Positions 50,686-64,000 of a stretch of DNA of 64,000 nucleotides are shown piece by piece. Source of the DNA: Raillietiella orientalis (lineage: Eukaryota); NCBI GenBank assembly GCA_036172245.1, contig JAYWIR010000009.1, positions 2,046,001 through 2,110,000 on the forward strand. Direction: 5' to 3'. Below the pieces are notes generated by a model, which had not been told where the DNA came from, searched no databases, and saw only the letters and a list, made by a program, of their open reading frames with translations. Made by a program: the position numbers and the translations under genes. Each line of letters begins with the position of its first letter. The stretch's first letter is position 1.

Positions 50686-52447
50686 CTACTTCTCGGCCTT
50701 CCTGAGTTTCTTCTGTCTGGGAGAGCGTGGTGCTCTTCCAGACGAAGAAGCAGGAGCGGGTCTCTCGCTGCCAGCGTCGCTCGCCGTCCCGGTGAGATCG
50801 GTGATGTCGGTCTCTTCGGTGGAGTGCTCGGCTCGTGCGACGATCTTGAGTGGGAGGGCTTCCAGCGCCACCTTGGCGCAGAAGTTTGCCTTTACGTCGA
50901 GCAGCTTTTCCTTCAGCTTCTCGCGCTCGGCAACCTCCACCACCTGGTTGACGGTTTCTTGTGCGTTGCAGATCTTCTGCAGGAGTTGCTCCTGCTGAGG
51001 TCCGCTCTGCACTTCCATCACCTCCTCCGCCAATTTCTCGACCTCTTCGGTAGTCTGCAGGGCCTCCTGCGACACCGGAGTGGGTTCCACCTTTTCCGCC
51101 TTCTCGCCTTCTTCCGTTACTTCTTCCATCCTCTCGCCTTCCTCTGCTTTAATTGTTTTTGAGGTTTCACAACCTCCGCCAAGACCTTTTCCCTTACGGG
51201 GGACTGGCCATGCATCGTCCGGTAGTTGGCGAACTCCGGACAGCTCCACCTCGCGTGCCCTGGCTGCTTGCAAAAGGAGCAGACCTCGGGCATATCGCAA
51301 CTGCATACCAGGTGCCCCTGCTTCCCACAGCGGAAGCAGCGAGACCTGGGGCAGGCACCCTGACGATGGCCGAAATGTTTGCAACCTGTGCAGAACACAG
51401 GTTGCTGCCTATAAGAGACAGAGCCTCCTGGGAGTCTCCATCAATTTGCACAATCCTAGGGATCTGTGCCTCCTCCTGCAGCTTCACCTTGGCGATCACC
51501 TCGCCAGAGAAGATTTTTCCGGAGATGTTCTGGAATTCCAATTCCAGAACCTCCCATACTTGGACAAGAAGTCCTAAACAGCGTCCTGCTCAGTATCAGC
51601 GTTTACGCCTTTCAGGAAGACGGTCGTGTACGGCATTTAGCCGATCCCACAGACCATCCGCCCCTGGATGTTTATGCCCTTCTCGATCAGGGCCTCCTTC
51701 AGTGGTTCACTATCTGTGTAGATAGTGAACCCCGACGTACTCGGAATGATCGCCTGCAGACGATCAAAGTCCACATTGGCCTTAAATAAGGCCAGGTATA
51801 CTTCTCTTACATTATTGAATCGGATCAGTCCGGTCTTAAACGTTATCAGTTTGGATTCCCGGCTCCTTGACCCGGGTGATCTTTCCCCTCTCGGGTCTGC
51901 CAAATTTTCTCTGCGGCTGGGCACTTGCCTGGCCCTCCGCCACCGCCGCATACGAAATAGGCTGCACCGCCGCAGCCGAGCAAGATGGTGTCGCGATGTT
52001 CGGCACGTGGACGCCCGCGGGTCCCGCCTGGGACGGCGCCTGGGACGGCGCCTCGGGCGCGACCTTAACCGCCGCCGCCGGCGCGACCGTTGCCGCCGCG
52101 GGCACGACCTCCACCGTTGCCGCCGCGGGCGTGACCCTTGGCATCGCCGCCGCCGGCGCAACAACTGCCGCCGCGAGCGCGATCCTCGAACTGGCCGCCG
52201 CCTCTCCACTGCCGTACTGTACCTCCATTTCTTCTATGGGGGACGTCGGTCTCCTCGCTCCTCCTCCTGTTGCCTGCATCCTGGCGGCTGGTACTGCCGC
52301 TGAGGAAGTTTGCAGGTCTTCCACTGTGGTCTCCTCGGCGCTGCTCCTGCAGTTGTAAGGGATGATCCTCGGCAGCACTCTCTCTTCCACACTTACTATC
52401 TTTTTGACAGTTGCCCTCTCAGGGCACACACGATCACAATTGATCAC
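50686..52447 (-). pseudogene. Family B ORF1: Ala-rich N-terminus, three CCHC knuckles, acidic coiled C-terminus; frameshifted
   Basis: CTGCKHFGHRQGAC, CFRCGKQGHLVCSC and CSFCKQPGHARWSC. Confidence 0.85.
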
Positions 52448-52479
52448 AATTAATTAACCGTGTTGATCACAATTGAAAC

Positions 52480-55400
52480 CTCGAAGCCAAGTAAGTATCC
52501 TCTGTCCCACAATGCCGACACATAGGTTTTCTGTTTTTCTGGTTGGCCCAGCGTTGATTGGCAATAAGTTTAGCATGCAACATATTGCCAATATTTAATG
52601 CCATGCACCTCAATGCCACTGTTTGCAGCACAATAAACCTGCAATCCTGAATTCTTAGGTGGAGCCCATTGGAATGGAAAAAGCTTGAAGCACGATGCAA
52701 GCCCACACATTGCATTGGCTTTCCCTTGACTTATAAGATTTTGAGCCAGATTTATCTGGGGTACCACAAGTCCTTATTCTTATCAAACCATTTTGACAGC
52801 AACACATGGCTATTATTTTTCTAGCCATCCTCGCTGCGACACCCTTCACAATAACATGGAGTTTTTTCATTTTCACTGTATGCTTACTCTTTAGTACTCT
52901 TGCCCTATGACGTATTCTTAATGCATACATCCTATCACTTCCCCTGCTAACTTAACTACACTCTAATATAACACCGCATGTATTTCTACATCAACGATTC
53001 CTATATGGAACATAATTTCTCCAATTAGCCCTCACCTCAGTGAACCTGACATATCCATTAAAAGCAAAAGTACAATGAATCGTCCAAATCTTCCGGGTCC
53101 TAACCTAATTCCACGTCTCAAATATGTCGATTGCCTACGTTATCATTTATGCATTAACTCCCTGAAGAAAAATAAACCGACCGATACATAACCATTACAC
53201 GTCCTCCCTCGTTTTTCCTGCCACTACTCTTCCACCTGCAAGTTTCCTCATTTGACAAATCGAAGGATCGTGATTAGCTTCCAGCCTACCTGCAGGAAAC
53301 ATCAAACCCCCTGAGGGCACCACGTACCATCCTCATTCCTACGAAATGAAATCTTGTGACTCAATGTCTGTATTTCATACACAACAGCGCTAATCCATAA
53401 CCGCGGAACTCTAACATCACCCCCGCAAGAATTACTGATTCATGAGAAACAGATGCCCACATGAGCCTTAGGAATCCATGAGCGAGCAGCATGTACCCGT
53501 TATTTTACAAAAAATATATCCCTTCTAATGTGATGCCTCCCATTCCTAACTGTTCCCCACCATTCTCACAATTAACCTACTTCCGTATAACTAATCATAC
53601 CAATCGGAAGAATCAAAAATCTAAAAACTGCATAAGTAAATGTGCATGCTTTAGCCCCAACCGCACCCTGTGATACCCCTACGATGTCGCAATCAGTGCC
53701 ACAGGGATTTTTCTGCTTCCAAAAAATGCATTAAACATAAAAAGCGAACCCTTAGGAACCCCTATATCACTATAATACCCAGAATCATTCTCGCAATTCC
53801 AAATATTAAGCTACCATCTACTTGCACCCTACCCTCTATTAACAAAAAAGAAATTACAAGAAACAGTTTCTCACTCCATCAACTATTTCGCTCCCTCTTA
53901 AATATTGTTACTTACATATCCTCTCATTATGCACAAAAACATCCCATCCCATACCATTCTACATCTCATCCCCATACCCATCATCATGAATAACAAAAAT
54001 ATCATGAACCTTAACAGCCAATAATATTAACGGGCTGGCGGTGATCGTTACCATCTTGCCAAACCAACTCAATTGAACACAACCCCAGAACTCCCTCACA
54101 TATTCTGGAGACCACCAGGGCCGGCGCAAGGGTGTCTGGCGCCCCTAGGCAAAAGAAAATTTGGCTCTCCATGTATGAAAAAAGCGAAAAATACGTCCAT
54201 AATTTTTACTGAAGGTTAGTTTTTCGTGTTGCGTTTTTAATTTGTTGTACTTTTGTCATTATGAATCACAACAATTAATTATTATTAATTTTTTATCCTG
54301 TAATTTGGCGCTCTTAGTAGCCTGCCGTCCCTAGGCAATGCCTATATTCTCCTAATGGTAAAACCGGCCCTAGATGCTATCATAATCAAAATATCATACC
54401 TAGTCCCTCCTACACTCAGTTCCATCAAGGAAAAATAGCCCAATCTCCTTAACATTATCTTAAATCTCAGTAAACTCCTTCCAGCATGTCCCCTGTTCGT
54501 ACGAAATCTTTATAGCCAAAACAGCCGTCATTCCCATTTCCATTACTACAGAGTCCTAAACTTTAGCACCTCAGTAGTCACTTAAGATATCAAAGTTTCC
54601 TAATTATTGATCATTTTCGAACTTTTCAATCACTCTTAACAGTCATCTCCTTGCATTACGATAATCGTAGCTATACCTCTCCTTTCCTGCTCATGTGTAC
54701 AACCCATAATCAAGCCTTCTTTCTTGCTATTACCCCTTTACCTATCATCATCTTAACCTTAATTCTTTTTCCCTAACATCAGGATACGCTATTATTCTCT
54801 CCCTTGTCTGCATCGGTGGTATTCTAATTATCTTCTTCACAACATCCTTAGCATACAATGAGCCATCCACATTTAACCTGAAAACTTTACTTATCAACCT
54901 CCTACTGATTCTACTACCCTTACCGAAACAACCTCCTCGTCTTCCCTCATCATCTTCCTCCAAGACCCCACTTTCAGTATCTAATATCCCCACAATCTGA
55001 TTCATCATATCCTGCCTTATAACAACAATAATCATCATTCCACACATAATTATACAAACCAAAATAGCTTCTCCGTTTTCTCCATTAATCATAATTAAAG
55101 AAATAACCCAATTAAAATACCTACACCATGGATCACATTGTGAGGAAACTTCTTCGTCTTCAATCTTATCTCAACTAATTTTTCTCCTCCCCTTTCTTCT
55201 TACTCTCCCCCTTTCTTAACTAGAAACCTAAATCATCACCTCGTCCCTCTTACCTCTCGGACAAAGTTCTTCTCTGGTTTCTATTCTTTACCATATTCCC
55301 TTTATAATTTTATCCTAGCCTTTTAATTTATTTAAAACATCGATTTTGTAAATCGGAAATTAGCCAAAAGCACTCGACAATCCCCAACATCCAAATTATC

Positions 55401-55740
55401 CATCTACCAACCTTCACAACCCATATTTCTTCTCCTAATCCTGCACACCTAACCTAACGACCAAGCAAAATGTCCCTGCATTTTTCGTTAAACTGCCTTA
55501 TTTCATCAATGCCATACTATCCCCATCAGATACCCATAATCAAATCATTCACCCTCTTTCACCCCCATTCGTCCCATCAACATCCAACGCAATAACATCT
55601 GCATTTTCTCAAAATCGAATCCTCGCGCACCACACCAAACCATACCAGATCGACCTTCCAGAGCTATAATCCACAACTTGAAAAAACGCTTATCACTCCT
55701 TACACCATCTTAATCACCCATACGTACCACAAATTAATTG
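52480..55740 (-). mobile_element. Old, heavily degraded LINE ORF2 remnant
   Basis: LHAKLIANQR...PMCRHCGTEDT resembles a LINE C-terminal zinc finger. Faint RT/APE-like remnants lie upstream, with a uniform C/A-rich + strand skew. Boundaries approximate. Confidence 0.4.
54116..54372. mobile_element. Non-autonomous hAT-like MITE (~257 bp)
   Basis: Termini CAGGGCCGG...CCGGCCCTA, subterminal CCCTAGGCAA repeated, AT-rich core. TSD not recognisable. Confidence 0.6.
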
Positions 55741-57131
55741 TAATCCCTCGTACCTCGCAAACCGACAGACGGGAAGATAAGTGATTTACAGCGTCCCTCT
55801 CGGAGGAAATTCAAACCGGTCTTTGTCATGCAAATTCGGCACCTTTCTGGAATGTTTCTTGGTTTATCCATTAGATTATACCAGTTTTTCCTTACCCATT
55901 CATGATTACTTCACCGAGCCGTACTATCTTGTGCCACCAAGTTTCCCGAGGAAGAAGAGAGTGGACAGAGCTTTTGCAAGAATCCTTAATATTAACCTTA
56001 AAGATTCTTCTGAGATACAATTGCGAACCAAAAATGTCTACAGCTCGAATGTTTGCTCCTCGAATATTTCCATTCTTGCAGCCAGTCATTCTCTAAGAAA
56101 AATAGAGCAGTTTCATGCACATCACCAAGGGGAATGGCAGCAGTCCTTCCGATGCAAACGGTTCGCTTTCCTAGTGAAACTGACTCTAGAATTCTCGTGC
56201 TTCTTGATCTGATGCTTTGCTGAAAGCTACACGCTGCATGCTGACATGGAAATTTTTCTAACTCACAAATAAGGATTTTTTGTATGTAATAGAATGGACA
56301 ATGACTACTTGCATTTTCTCCACGTACAAAACATGAACATTGTACTTGATGTGTACTTGATGTGTATTCTGTAAACTGGAGCCTGATGAAATTCTTATAT
56401 TGTGATGCATCTAATGTGTGCCTTGCATGGGAACAACATCCATATATACTCATAATATGCTGCAAACATTTGCTCCAAAGATGTAGATGGAATCGCATGT
56501 TTTCATTCTAAAATCTTATGTAGAAGTTTGTGAGGTTTACAAAAATAGAAAACCAAGTCTTTGATGGGAATGTGCTCCATTATCTTTTGAGAAAATAGAT
56601 TAGTATTGTCAGTAAACTTCTACTGATGTAGTCACATTCTTCAGAGGTATGACTTCTCATTGAATCAGGATATAAAACTCCGAATACTGCTTGAATTTCT
56701 CCGGTTTTTCTCTTATTTAATTTAATTCTGATGAATTTTACGATCACATATGCTTTTGTAACGTATATTGCTTGCTATAAATACAAAGTTTTGGAATTGC
56801 TACTTAATTTTTAACAATTCTTTGTTCAAGCTCTAAAAAAGGCCATAAAGAGTACTTGATGTTGGAATTGGAGCGTGATTTAATGATTTCTGAACTCAAA
56901 AATATATGGTTCGTTTTATTTGCCGATGAGGAGGGAGGCCCTGCGACTCACGATTGGGCTTACGTGAGAATAACACGAGTCGCCCTTGCTCTTACTGTTG
57001 TGCAGAGTAGTAAGTGTAATTCTTAGTGAAGGGTATGTGTGTTTGCCTTTTCACTTGGAATGTTTTTCACATTTTACTCCGAATCATGAGGTAAACTGAT
57101 AAACGACAAGAAATCCCTTCCTGTGATTGAA

Positions 57132-57850
57132 ATGGCCCAAACAGACAGTGTTATTTCTATTAAACCGAACAAGAAATCCATAAACTTTGCCAATAGAGTG
57201 CCGCCAGAAATCTTGGAGCACCCCAAAATGAAGGCAACTTTATTGTCTTTGCCTTCTAATTACAATTTTGAGCTTCCTAAAACTATAATGCGAATCATGG
57301 CAAAAAACAAAAAGAAAGTTGCCTTACAATTTCCAGAAGGCCTGTTAATGTTTTCCTTGAGGATTGCTGATGCTATTGAAGCAATGACAAATGCGGAAGC
57401 AGTTATAATGGGTGATGTTACATATGGTGCCTGTTGTGTGGATGATTACAGTGCAAGAGCATTAAACTGTGATTTGTTAGTTCATTATGGACACAGCTGT
57501 CTTATACCTGTCAGCGAAATGCAGGGACTCGATATGCTTTATGTTTTTGTAGACATAAAAATAGATGCTTTGCATTTTATGAAAGTCATCAAAGCTAATT
57601 TTAGTGAGTCTCAAGAGATTGCCCTTGTTAGTACCATACAGTTTTTATCAACCCTTCATTTTGTGACCAGGGAGTTGTCTAAGGAAGGTTACAGCATAAC
57701 AAATCCGCAAAGTAAGCCATTGTCTCCTGGAGAAATTTTAGGCTGTACTGCACCCAAACTGAGTACAACAGAAATATTGATTTATTTGGGAGATGGGCGA
57801 TTCCATTTAGAAGCTATGATGATGTCTAATCCCACTATTACTGCCTATAG
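57132..57850 (+). CDS. DPH1: DPH1 (diphthamide biosynthesis 1) exon 1
   Basis: LPSNYNFELPKT, VALQFPEGLL, GDVTYGACCVDD, HYGHSCL, STIQF, PLSPGEILGCT and YLGDGRFHLE. Donor AG|GTAAGT, phase 2. Confidence 0.96.
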
Positions 57851-59400
57851 GTAAGTACATATAGATGATACATTTGTGTTTTTTAAGACGAACTTTGGGA
57901 TTGCAATCTCTTCCTTTTATCAGTGTATGTTTCAGTGGCACTATCTTCCTCCTTTTCAATTGCATTTGTTACTGGACATTTCCTTGACTTAAAATGTACT
58001 GTAATATGAAGTTTCAAATGATTGTAGCACAATGACTCTACACTTAGGAGTGCAAAAATGTGCTTTCTTGCCGAGAATCCAGGGTTAGGTTTCCTTTGGA
58101 GACATTCCATTGTATTATCTATTATTAGAGTTATAAAAATTACATATAAGTAGTCCTCAGTCAGAAAAGTATTCGAATATGAATGAGTGATAATTTCTTA
58201 TTCATGCTTTAAGAAAAATAGAATCATTACATGCAGGATAGCTTATGCTTTCTGCATCTTCAAATATTAATCTGGACTAAAAATGGCGTTGTTTGTTCTG
58301 GCAGCCCGATGAACAAAAAGATATCGACTTATGCTGTACCGCATGTGTTAAATCGTTAATGAAAACGGATGGTGTTTTTTTCCTAATTATAGATTCGATA
58401 TAAGAAACATTCTTGCTTGATATCCATGGTAAAAAATTATTGATTGGTACAGTAACAAAGCTTTGCAAAAGTTCTTGAAAGAAGTTATTTTACTCAGCAG
58501 AAATTATAGTTTGCATGCATGATAGATCGTTTCTCTTTCTTGATTAGAAAATTGCATCAGAACATTTAATGAATTATAGATTTTGTAATAGCCATCAGAA
58601 ACTCTTCGTAGTTGTATGGAGTTCACATTAGCAAAGCTAGTTGTTGTAATTCATGAGCCCAACTTCAAGAATACATCCATAAATAAAAGTGTCTTGGGCA
58701 CCGTATGCTTTCTTAAAAGGGATGTGCAGATAACGTTTTTTATGATTCCCTTGATGTGCACCTTTATCACCGTTACTCTTATTACTATCATTGCATAAAT
58801 TTTAAGGAACTTTGTTTCCCAGTTATGCATTTCATTACTTTTTTCGTGTTTGTTTCAATCACCTGTGAAAATGTGCTTCACTTTAGCACTTTCATTTATG
58901 TATAATCAGCAAAACTAGAAAATTCCTATGAACTACAATTACAGCCTTAAGTATCCGAATTCAAGGTCAAGTTCATCTCTCAAGGTCTAAGCATTCATGC
59001 TTATTCATCGTTTTCAGTGGAAGTTCCTGTTTTGGGAACAATCATAAAAGTGGAACATCAATCTATTCCATATAATATATTTTAAGTGAAAACAAGAAAA
59101 TAAGGTTTTCATGATGTGTTAATCTTGTTATCCAACAGTCGTTGCATCAATCAGAATCTGGCCAAAATTCAGCAATCTAACCAAGCATACAAGTTTATGG
59201 CACTTCAGAATAAGATAACCATGATCTCAATTCATAGCATATACAACTTACATAAAAATTATGCAAAACCAAATTGTGTAAATGTGATTGGCCTCCTAAT
59301 GTACTGGGAAATCTAAATAGGGCTGAATGTTTTGGAAAGAGTCCATTTCATGAAACTTAACCCCTTAATGAAATGATGTGCCAACATTTTATATTTTCAG

Positions 59401-59566
59401 ATATGATCCATACACAAAGGTGTTTACTAAGGAATCATATGACTTCTGCCTCATGAAAATTAACAGAAACCAAGCTATATCCAAGGCTTGCAGTGCTAGG
59501 ACGTGGGGTCTTATATTAGGCACTCTAGGACGCCAAGGAAATCCCAGAGTTTTGACACTCCTAAAA
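59401..59566 (+). CDS. DPH1: DPH1 exon 2
   Basis: TTTTCAG acceptor restores AYRYDPY; GLILGTLGRQGN; donor AAA|GTAAGG, phase 0. Confidence 0.95.
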
Positions 59567-59821
59567 GTAAGGGTCAAGTGATCATGGCTAGATTAAGTGT
59601 GATATGAATTTCGTAAAAGTTTTATATAGAAAAATCTTAGTTTTTAATGATTCATGAAAAATGAATGTTACCGATATGTGAGTTACTACGGGTACCATTT
59701 AAATTAAATCAGAGTTTCAAGGATCAAAAATCGTGTCTCGTTTAGATGCGATCCAATAAAACAACGATTTTTTTTAAAAAAAAAAAATAAAAAATAAAAA
59801 AGCACGAAAATTTTGTTTTAG

Positions 59822-60139
59822 GACAGAATCGAACAGTCGGACAGAAAGTGCATAGTGTTTTTGCTCTCTGAAATCTATCCTAGCAAATTAGATCTGATTC
59901 CTTCCATTGAAGCTTGGGTTCAAGTTGCATGCCCTCGATTATCAATCGACTGGGGATGTTCGTTTACTAAATGTTTGTTGAATTCATATGAAGCTGCAGC
60001 TGCATTGGGAATGACAACTGATTTGTTGTTAAGATATCCCATGGACTACTATGCATACAATGATCATGGGCCATGGACATCTAATTACATAAGTGAAGAA
60101 ACAAAATCAGTAAAGGCCAAAAAAACCATAAAAGCTTGA
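59822..60139 (+). CDS. DPH1: DPH1 exon 3 (spliced CDS 1203 nt, 400 aa)
   Basis: TTTTAG acceptor; [24 protein letters not shown] and YPMDYY; TGA stop. Confidence 0.95.
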   Translation, partial: DRIEQSDRKCIVFLLSEIYPSKLDLIPSIEAWVQVACPRLSIDWGCSFTKCLLNSYEAAAALGMTTDLLLRYPMDYYAYNDHGPWTSNYISEETKSVKAKKTIKA

Positions 60140-62404
60140 AATTTTGCCTTACAAGCCTCTTTGTAAGTTTTGTTTGTTTTTTATATCATTATCATTATAG
60201 CACCACATTAAAATCTGAAGATCACTACAGCAATGCCTTTCTGGTTTTATATGGTGGAACCGTCCTCAACTTTGTGTGTGAGCAGAGCTGCTTTTCCAGT
60301 TATTCACTGAGGTGCTCGAACTATATTCCTAAAAGCAGTGCAATAAGCTCAGCAGTCGGTCTCTGATGCTTTCGGGTTTCATTGAAAATCCGAATAAGTT
60401 TGATGGGTTCAAAACCAAGGCATCCATGAACTATGAAAGAATGATGCATGTTTTATATTTTAAGGAATGGATCATATGACTAAAGGCGATTCATTCCCTG
60501 CTGAATAAATTGAAAACTTCTGTATAAAGCTTGACAGAGCGCCCTGGGCCCTCCTAACGTGCCACTTGGGGGAACACGCCTCAAGTTCCGGAAAGCATTG
60601 CTACTCTGAAGGGGCCCCCTCCTTGTGGATGACGATTTCCCATTTAGGATTGTGCTGTTTTTGGAGGCGGCAAGCTCTAAGGATGGAGCTTTGACATTAT
60701 GGATGTTGCACTGTTGCATCCAAAAGTCGTTGTTTTCGTGTTGGGCGCAGTGGTGAACAAAAGTAGATGATGAACTTGGGCCTTATTTTATTATCGGGTT
60801 TCGTTACGTAAGAAGCAGAAGCAAACTTTGGAATATTTACGTAGCTGCATGGAGAACTACCGAAAGTTGTCCCTTTCAGACATGTCTTAAACATCAGTGC
60901 ACAGAGGCGCTGGAACTTCCTCCTATCACGATGCAGCAGTTGTTTTTTACTGAATGTCTTCAGCACGTTCGCTGCTTTCAACACGACTTGTCTTTGGTGG
61001 CTTTGGTTCATCATCGCCACCACCTTCATTTGCCTCTCTTTGGAAGCTTTCACATCTGCCGTAATGTTTCCGGGCGTGAACGCCGATACTATCCATCTGT
61101 TTGGCCGACATCGATCCTCCTCCTCCTCGTGTGCAAAGCCCGAGTGTGACCTTTCGAGCCGCTGGCGAACTGACAGATCATACTTTCCTCGTTCTCCAAG
61201 CCGTCGGCTCTGCTTTACTTTACTAGGAAGCTGTAAAACATCCGAGTCGATCAGCACCCGTGAAGGGGCCTTCGTTCAGTGGAATCTCCGAGGAAGGGCC
61301 GGGAGAGTCGAAAGCGTGACTTGCAGCTTGTGCGTGCTTCCAGCGTGCCCGGGGCATAAAGAAAGGGCGTTAGTCGCCACCCACCACACAGCCTCGGGTT
61401 CAGCCAGCACACGACTCTGGCGAGGCTTTCGAGATTCCCTTTTCCGAGGTTCACTTTATTGCTGACGGCAAGTCCACTCGTGTCGCAACGAAGCGACCAA
61501 CCGTGCCCTCGGACGACCTCCTCCGCGGATCACCCCACACGGTGGGCGCCGCTCGAATAAAAAGACAGAGGAAATTGCCGAGTGCGAATCGAGCACAGCA
61601 TTCCAGCCTGGGATGAAAACCGCGAAGGTCCCGTACGCTTCGGGATCCGGCTCTGCTGCTTTCCGGTCAGAACCCGAAATTCGGCCCGAGGAAAGCGGAC
61701 CGGGATAGCGGGCGACCGTGAGCACCGTGAGCTTTTCACAGGAGCGCTGGCGACACGCCAACACATTCCGAAGATCCATCGCGTGCAGGGAGCCGAGAAG
61801 TGTGTTCGTCCCCTCGTGGCTGAAGCACGGCTGGAGGGCGTGAACACGATTCCGGCTTTTTGAAAGGCGGCCGAATGTTGAGAATCTGGTGGAGCTCCCC
61901 CCCGCCGCCGCTGAGACGAAGCTCCGGGTGGTCCGATGCTGGCAAAAGTCAGCAAGGGAATCACCCCGGAAAGTTTGCGGAAGAAAGTCCTGGAGGGTGC
62001 TTGCACCCAACTCGCTGAAACTGCCGGGCCCCCGGGACAATACGGGAACTGAACGTCGGACGAATGCTTCGTCCGGACGTCTGGGGTTGGCTGTGGAATG
62101 TACGGAAGCAAAGGCGTTCGTCGTGCATCGAAAGTGACGCACCCGTGGGCCGCCACGAATGCCTTCGTTCTCTTGCAACCGACTCGGGAGCAAGTGAAAG
62201 GGAAACCGGGGACACCCACCTGTCAGGGCCAGGCTCGACCCGACCCTGCTGCCGAACCGTGTGGGTTCACTTTGCTGACCGATTTTTATTCAAAAAATAC
62301 CAACTTCGGGAAACCGTCGAAGAGCATTGAAGATTTGCATGGCGCGTAGACGATAAAAAAATATAACCAGCTGTGGCACAAAATCTTCCTGGTTCGCTAT
62401 TTCA

Positions 62405-62650
62405 TTATGTACCCCTTGCGTTGTCAGACTCATTGCACGGATTCGTGATTCCCAAATAAAGAAGCTGTGCTGCTTCATTTGTGGCATTGGTGAGACCATA
62501 TATATTACCTGGAATGCGCACCCCATTAGCACCATTCCCCAAGCACGCGGTGCACTCACCGGAGGGCACGTGTATTATGTCCCCACTCTTTGCTAAGAAC
62601 AGAGTCTCGTGTAACTTGAACTGCAAAGTTCCTTTTACCACGACGATGAC
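62405..62650 (-). CDS. CENPC: Probable CENP-C C-terminal cupin domain, last two exons (62650-62560 and 62508-62405)
   Basis: Spliced VIVVVKGTLQFKLHETLFLAKSGDIIHVPSG|NIYGLTNATNEAAQLLY resembles the recalled CENP-C LHETPYILSTGDSFYVPSGNYYNIKN. GTGAGT...CAG intron at 62559-62509; TTTGTAG acceptor at 62651. Upstream exons are not resolved. Confidence 0.6.
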   Translation of the reverse strand, partial: VIVVVKGTLQFKLHETLFLAKSGDIIHVPSGECTACLGNGANGVRIPGNIYGLTNATNEAAQLLYLGITNPCNESDNARGT

Positions 62651-62942
62651 CTACAAAGAGACCCCTATTAAACAGAAACGAATGGGTGGGAATGGGCGGT
62701 CAGGCGGCCCGGCTCTCTCTCATCCGCAAGGACGCGCGACATGCACGCAAGTTTGCCAAGACTGCTGCTTTCCCTCCGCCCCTCGAAATCGGGCAGCACG
62801 GGGCACCGCAGAGGATTCACGGTGATGCCCCGAAGGGAAAGAGGAGCGGGGCACACCCGCACGGGCTGCCTTCCAGTCCAACTTAACAAGTGCGCAATGA
62901 GACGAATCGAAGCAACGAACTCTCGGGAGAAAAGTGCCTCCT

Positions 62943-62979
62943 TGGTGGTGGTGGTGGTGGTGGTGGTGGTGATGGTGGT
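62943..62979. repeat. (GGT)n microsatellite
   Basis: About 12 TGG/GGT units with one interruption. Confidence 0.95.
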
Positions 62980-64000
62980 CTCTGCTCTTTAAAGGACGGT
63001 CCACAAAAACACGAACGCACGGCACCGCTGGAAACATCGCCATCATGTTATACGCATACGCAAATGCGAGAAAGGCACGTTTCGGGTGCGAAATACGCAG
63101 GTAGCGAGAATTTCCCCCATACATTTGGATCTTCTGACTTGAGAATACAATTTGAAGGCTTGAAGTCCCCGCAGGCCACGTGCTTATTGGCCTTTCTTGC
63201 TGATGAAGGATTTTCCAGTCTTCCTAAGGCAGACCGCAAGGCCTACATATCCCCTCCTTGTAACTCTGTTCAAAAAAAAAAAACCTCAGCTCCTGTAACG
63301 ACACTCCAAAATTCTGCCAGATGTTGCGTGAATCACAACAACGAAAGGCGAACATTTCTTTTTTTTTTCCTTTACCTTGACATGGTTCCTATTCATTTTA
63401 GAATGCAATCTGGTTTAAAAAAAATTCCAAAACCACCCATCCTTCTATGAGAATTTCCATTTTAAATTGACCAACTTCTTTTCTCGACTCGCACGCGAGC
63501 ACGAGCGCAATTCCGTCATGAATTCCCCAGTGATCAGCCCTTTCAACTTACAACGGAGCGTTCGACAGAAATCTTCACGACCACTTCATTAGCAGTTCTC
63601 CCCCCCCCCTAAAGACAAAATGCTTGCAGTCCCTTTGTAAATATCGGATCGGAATACGATGCATAATCGATACAGATTATTTGATGCTTTGGATAGTTCG
63701 ACCTAATCACCATCTCCCATCATACCGGCTGCGATCGTCTACAGCCAATCTTTTTCATTTCCCCATCGCAAGCGAATGTTTCACCACATTCACCTTCTTC
63801 GTACTCTGACTGCGTGGAAGACCTGACCCCACCCTGTTCTTCCGATCATCATCGCTTAAGCTTTCTCGTTCTCTCATGTCTCCTGTGGCTGGAAGTGGAC
63901 TGCTCCACAAACCGTCACGCACTTTATCCATTCGGTCCACTCCGAATAAACCACCGCGTACGTTTCGCAACTCGAAATTTTTTACGGGCGTGCTCTGCCC

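Noticed and set aside
55781..56498. Gene divergent from DPH1
   Set aside because: One donor-like site but no identifiable protein.
56943..56982. GCGACTC...GAGTCGC inverted repeat upstream of DPH1
   Set aside because: A 7-bp stem is not distinguishable from chance without comparative data.
60480..62219. Minus-strand ORFs of 186-245 aa downstream of DPH1
   Set aside because: No recognisable domain or consistent exon structure.
62720..63450. Poly-His or poly-Gly proteins
   Set aside because: These arise from the (GGT)n microsatellite; no other support.

Overview
Eukaryotic, probably invertebrate animal, genomic DNA. Bases 4.5-55.7 kb are a dense nest of non-LTR retrotransposon remnants. Family A is a GC-rich Tx1/L1-clade element (CCHC ORF1; APE-RT-zinc finger ORF2) with about ten copies or fragments. 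They share a 5' head, a GTGATCCCTTCC 3'UTR motif and an AATAAA+CCCGG/CCGGG hairpin tail, and they are nested inside each other in alternating orientation. Two nested insertions fall at the same codon at the end of the host copy's endonuclease domain. Family B is a second Tx1/L1-type element (44.7-52.45 kb). Its ORF2 is split by a 2.3 kb insert made of a U2 snRNA 5' fragment, altered at nt 39-44, followed by a Utopia/NeSL-like ORF. A second, decayed Utopia-like copy lies at 4.5-6.5 kb. Host-like genes are an intact 3-exon DPH1 (57.1-60.1 kb), probable 3' exons of CENP-C (62.4-62.65 kb, minus) and a divergent BAF-like ORF (32.5-32.9 kb). Also present are an A-B-A'-B' interleaved inverted repeat, a ~145 bp inverted-repeat pair, a hAT-like MITE and an old degraded LINE. 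All homology calls are by eye from motifs; no database searches were run.
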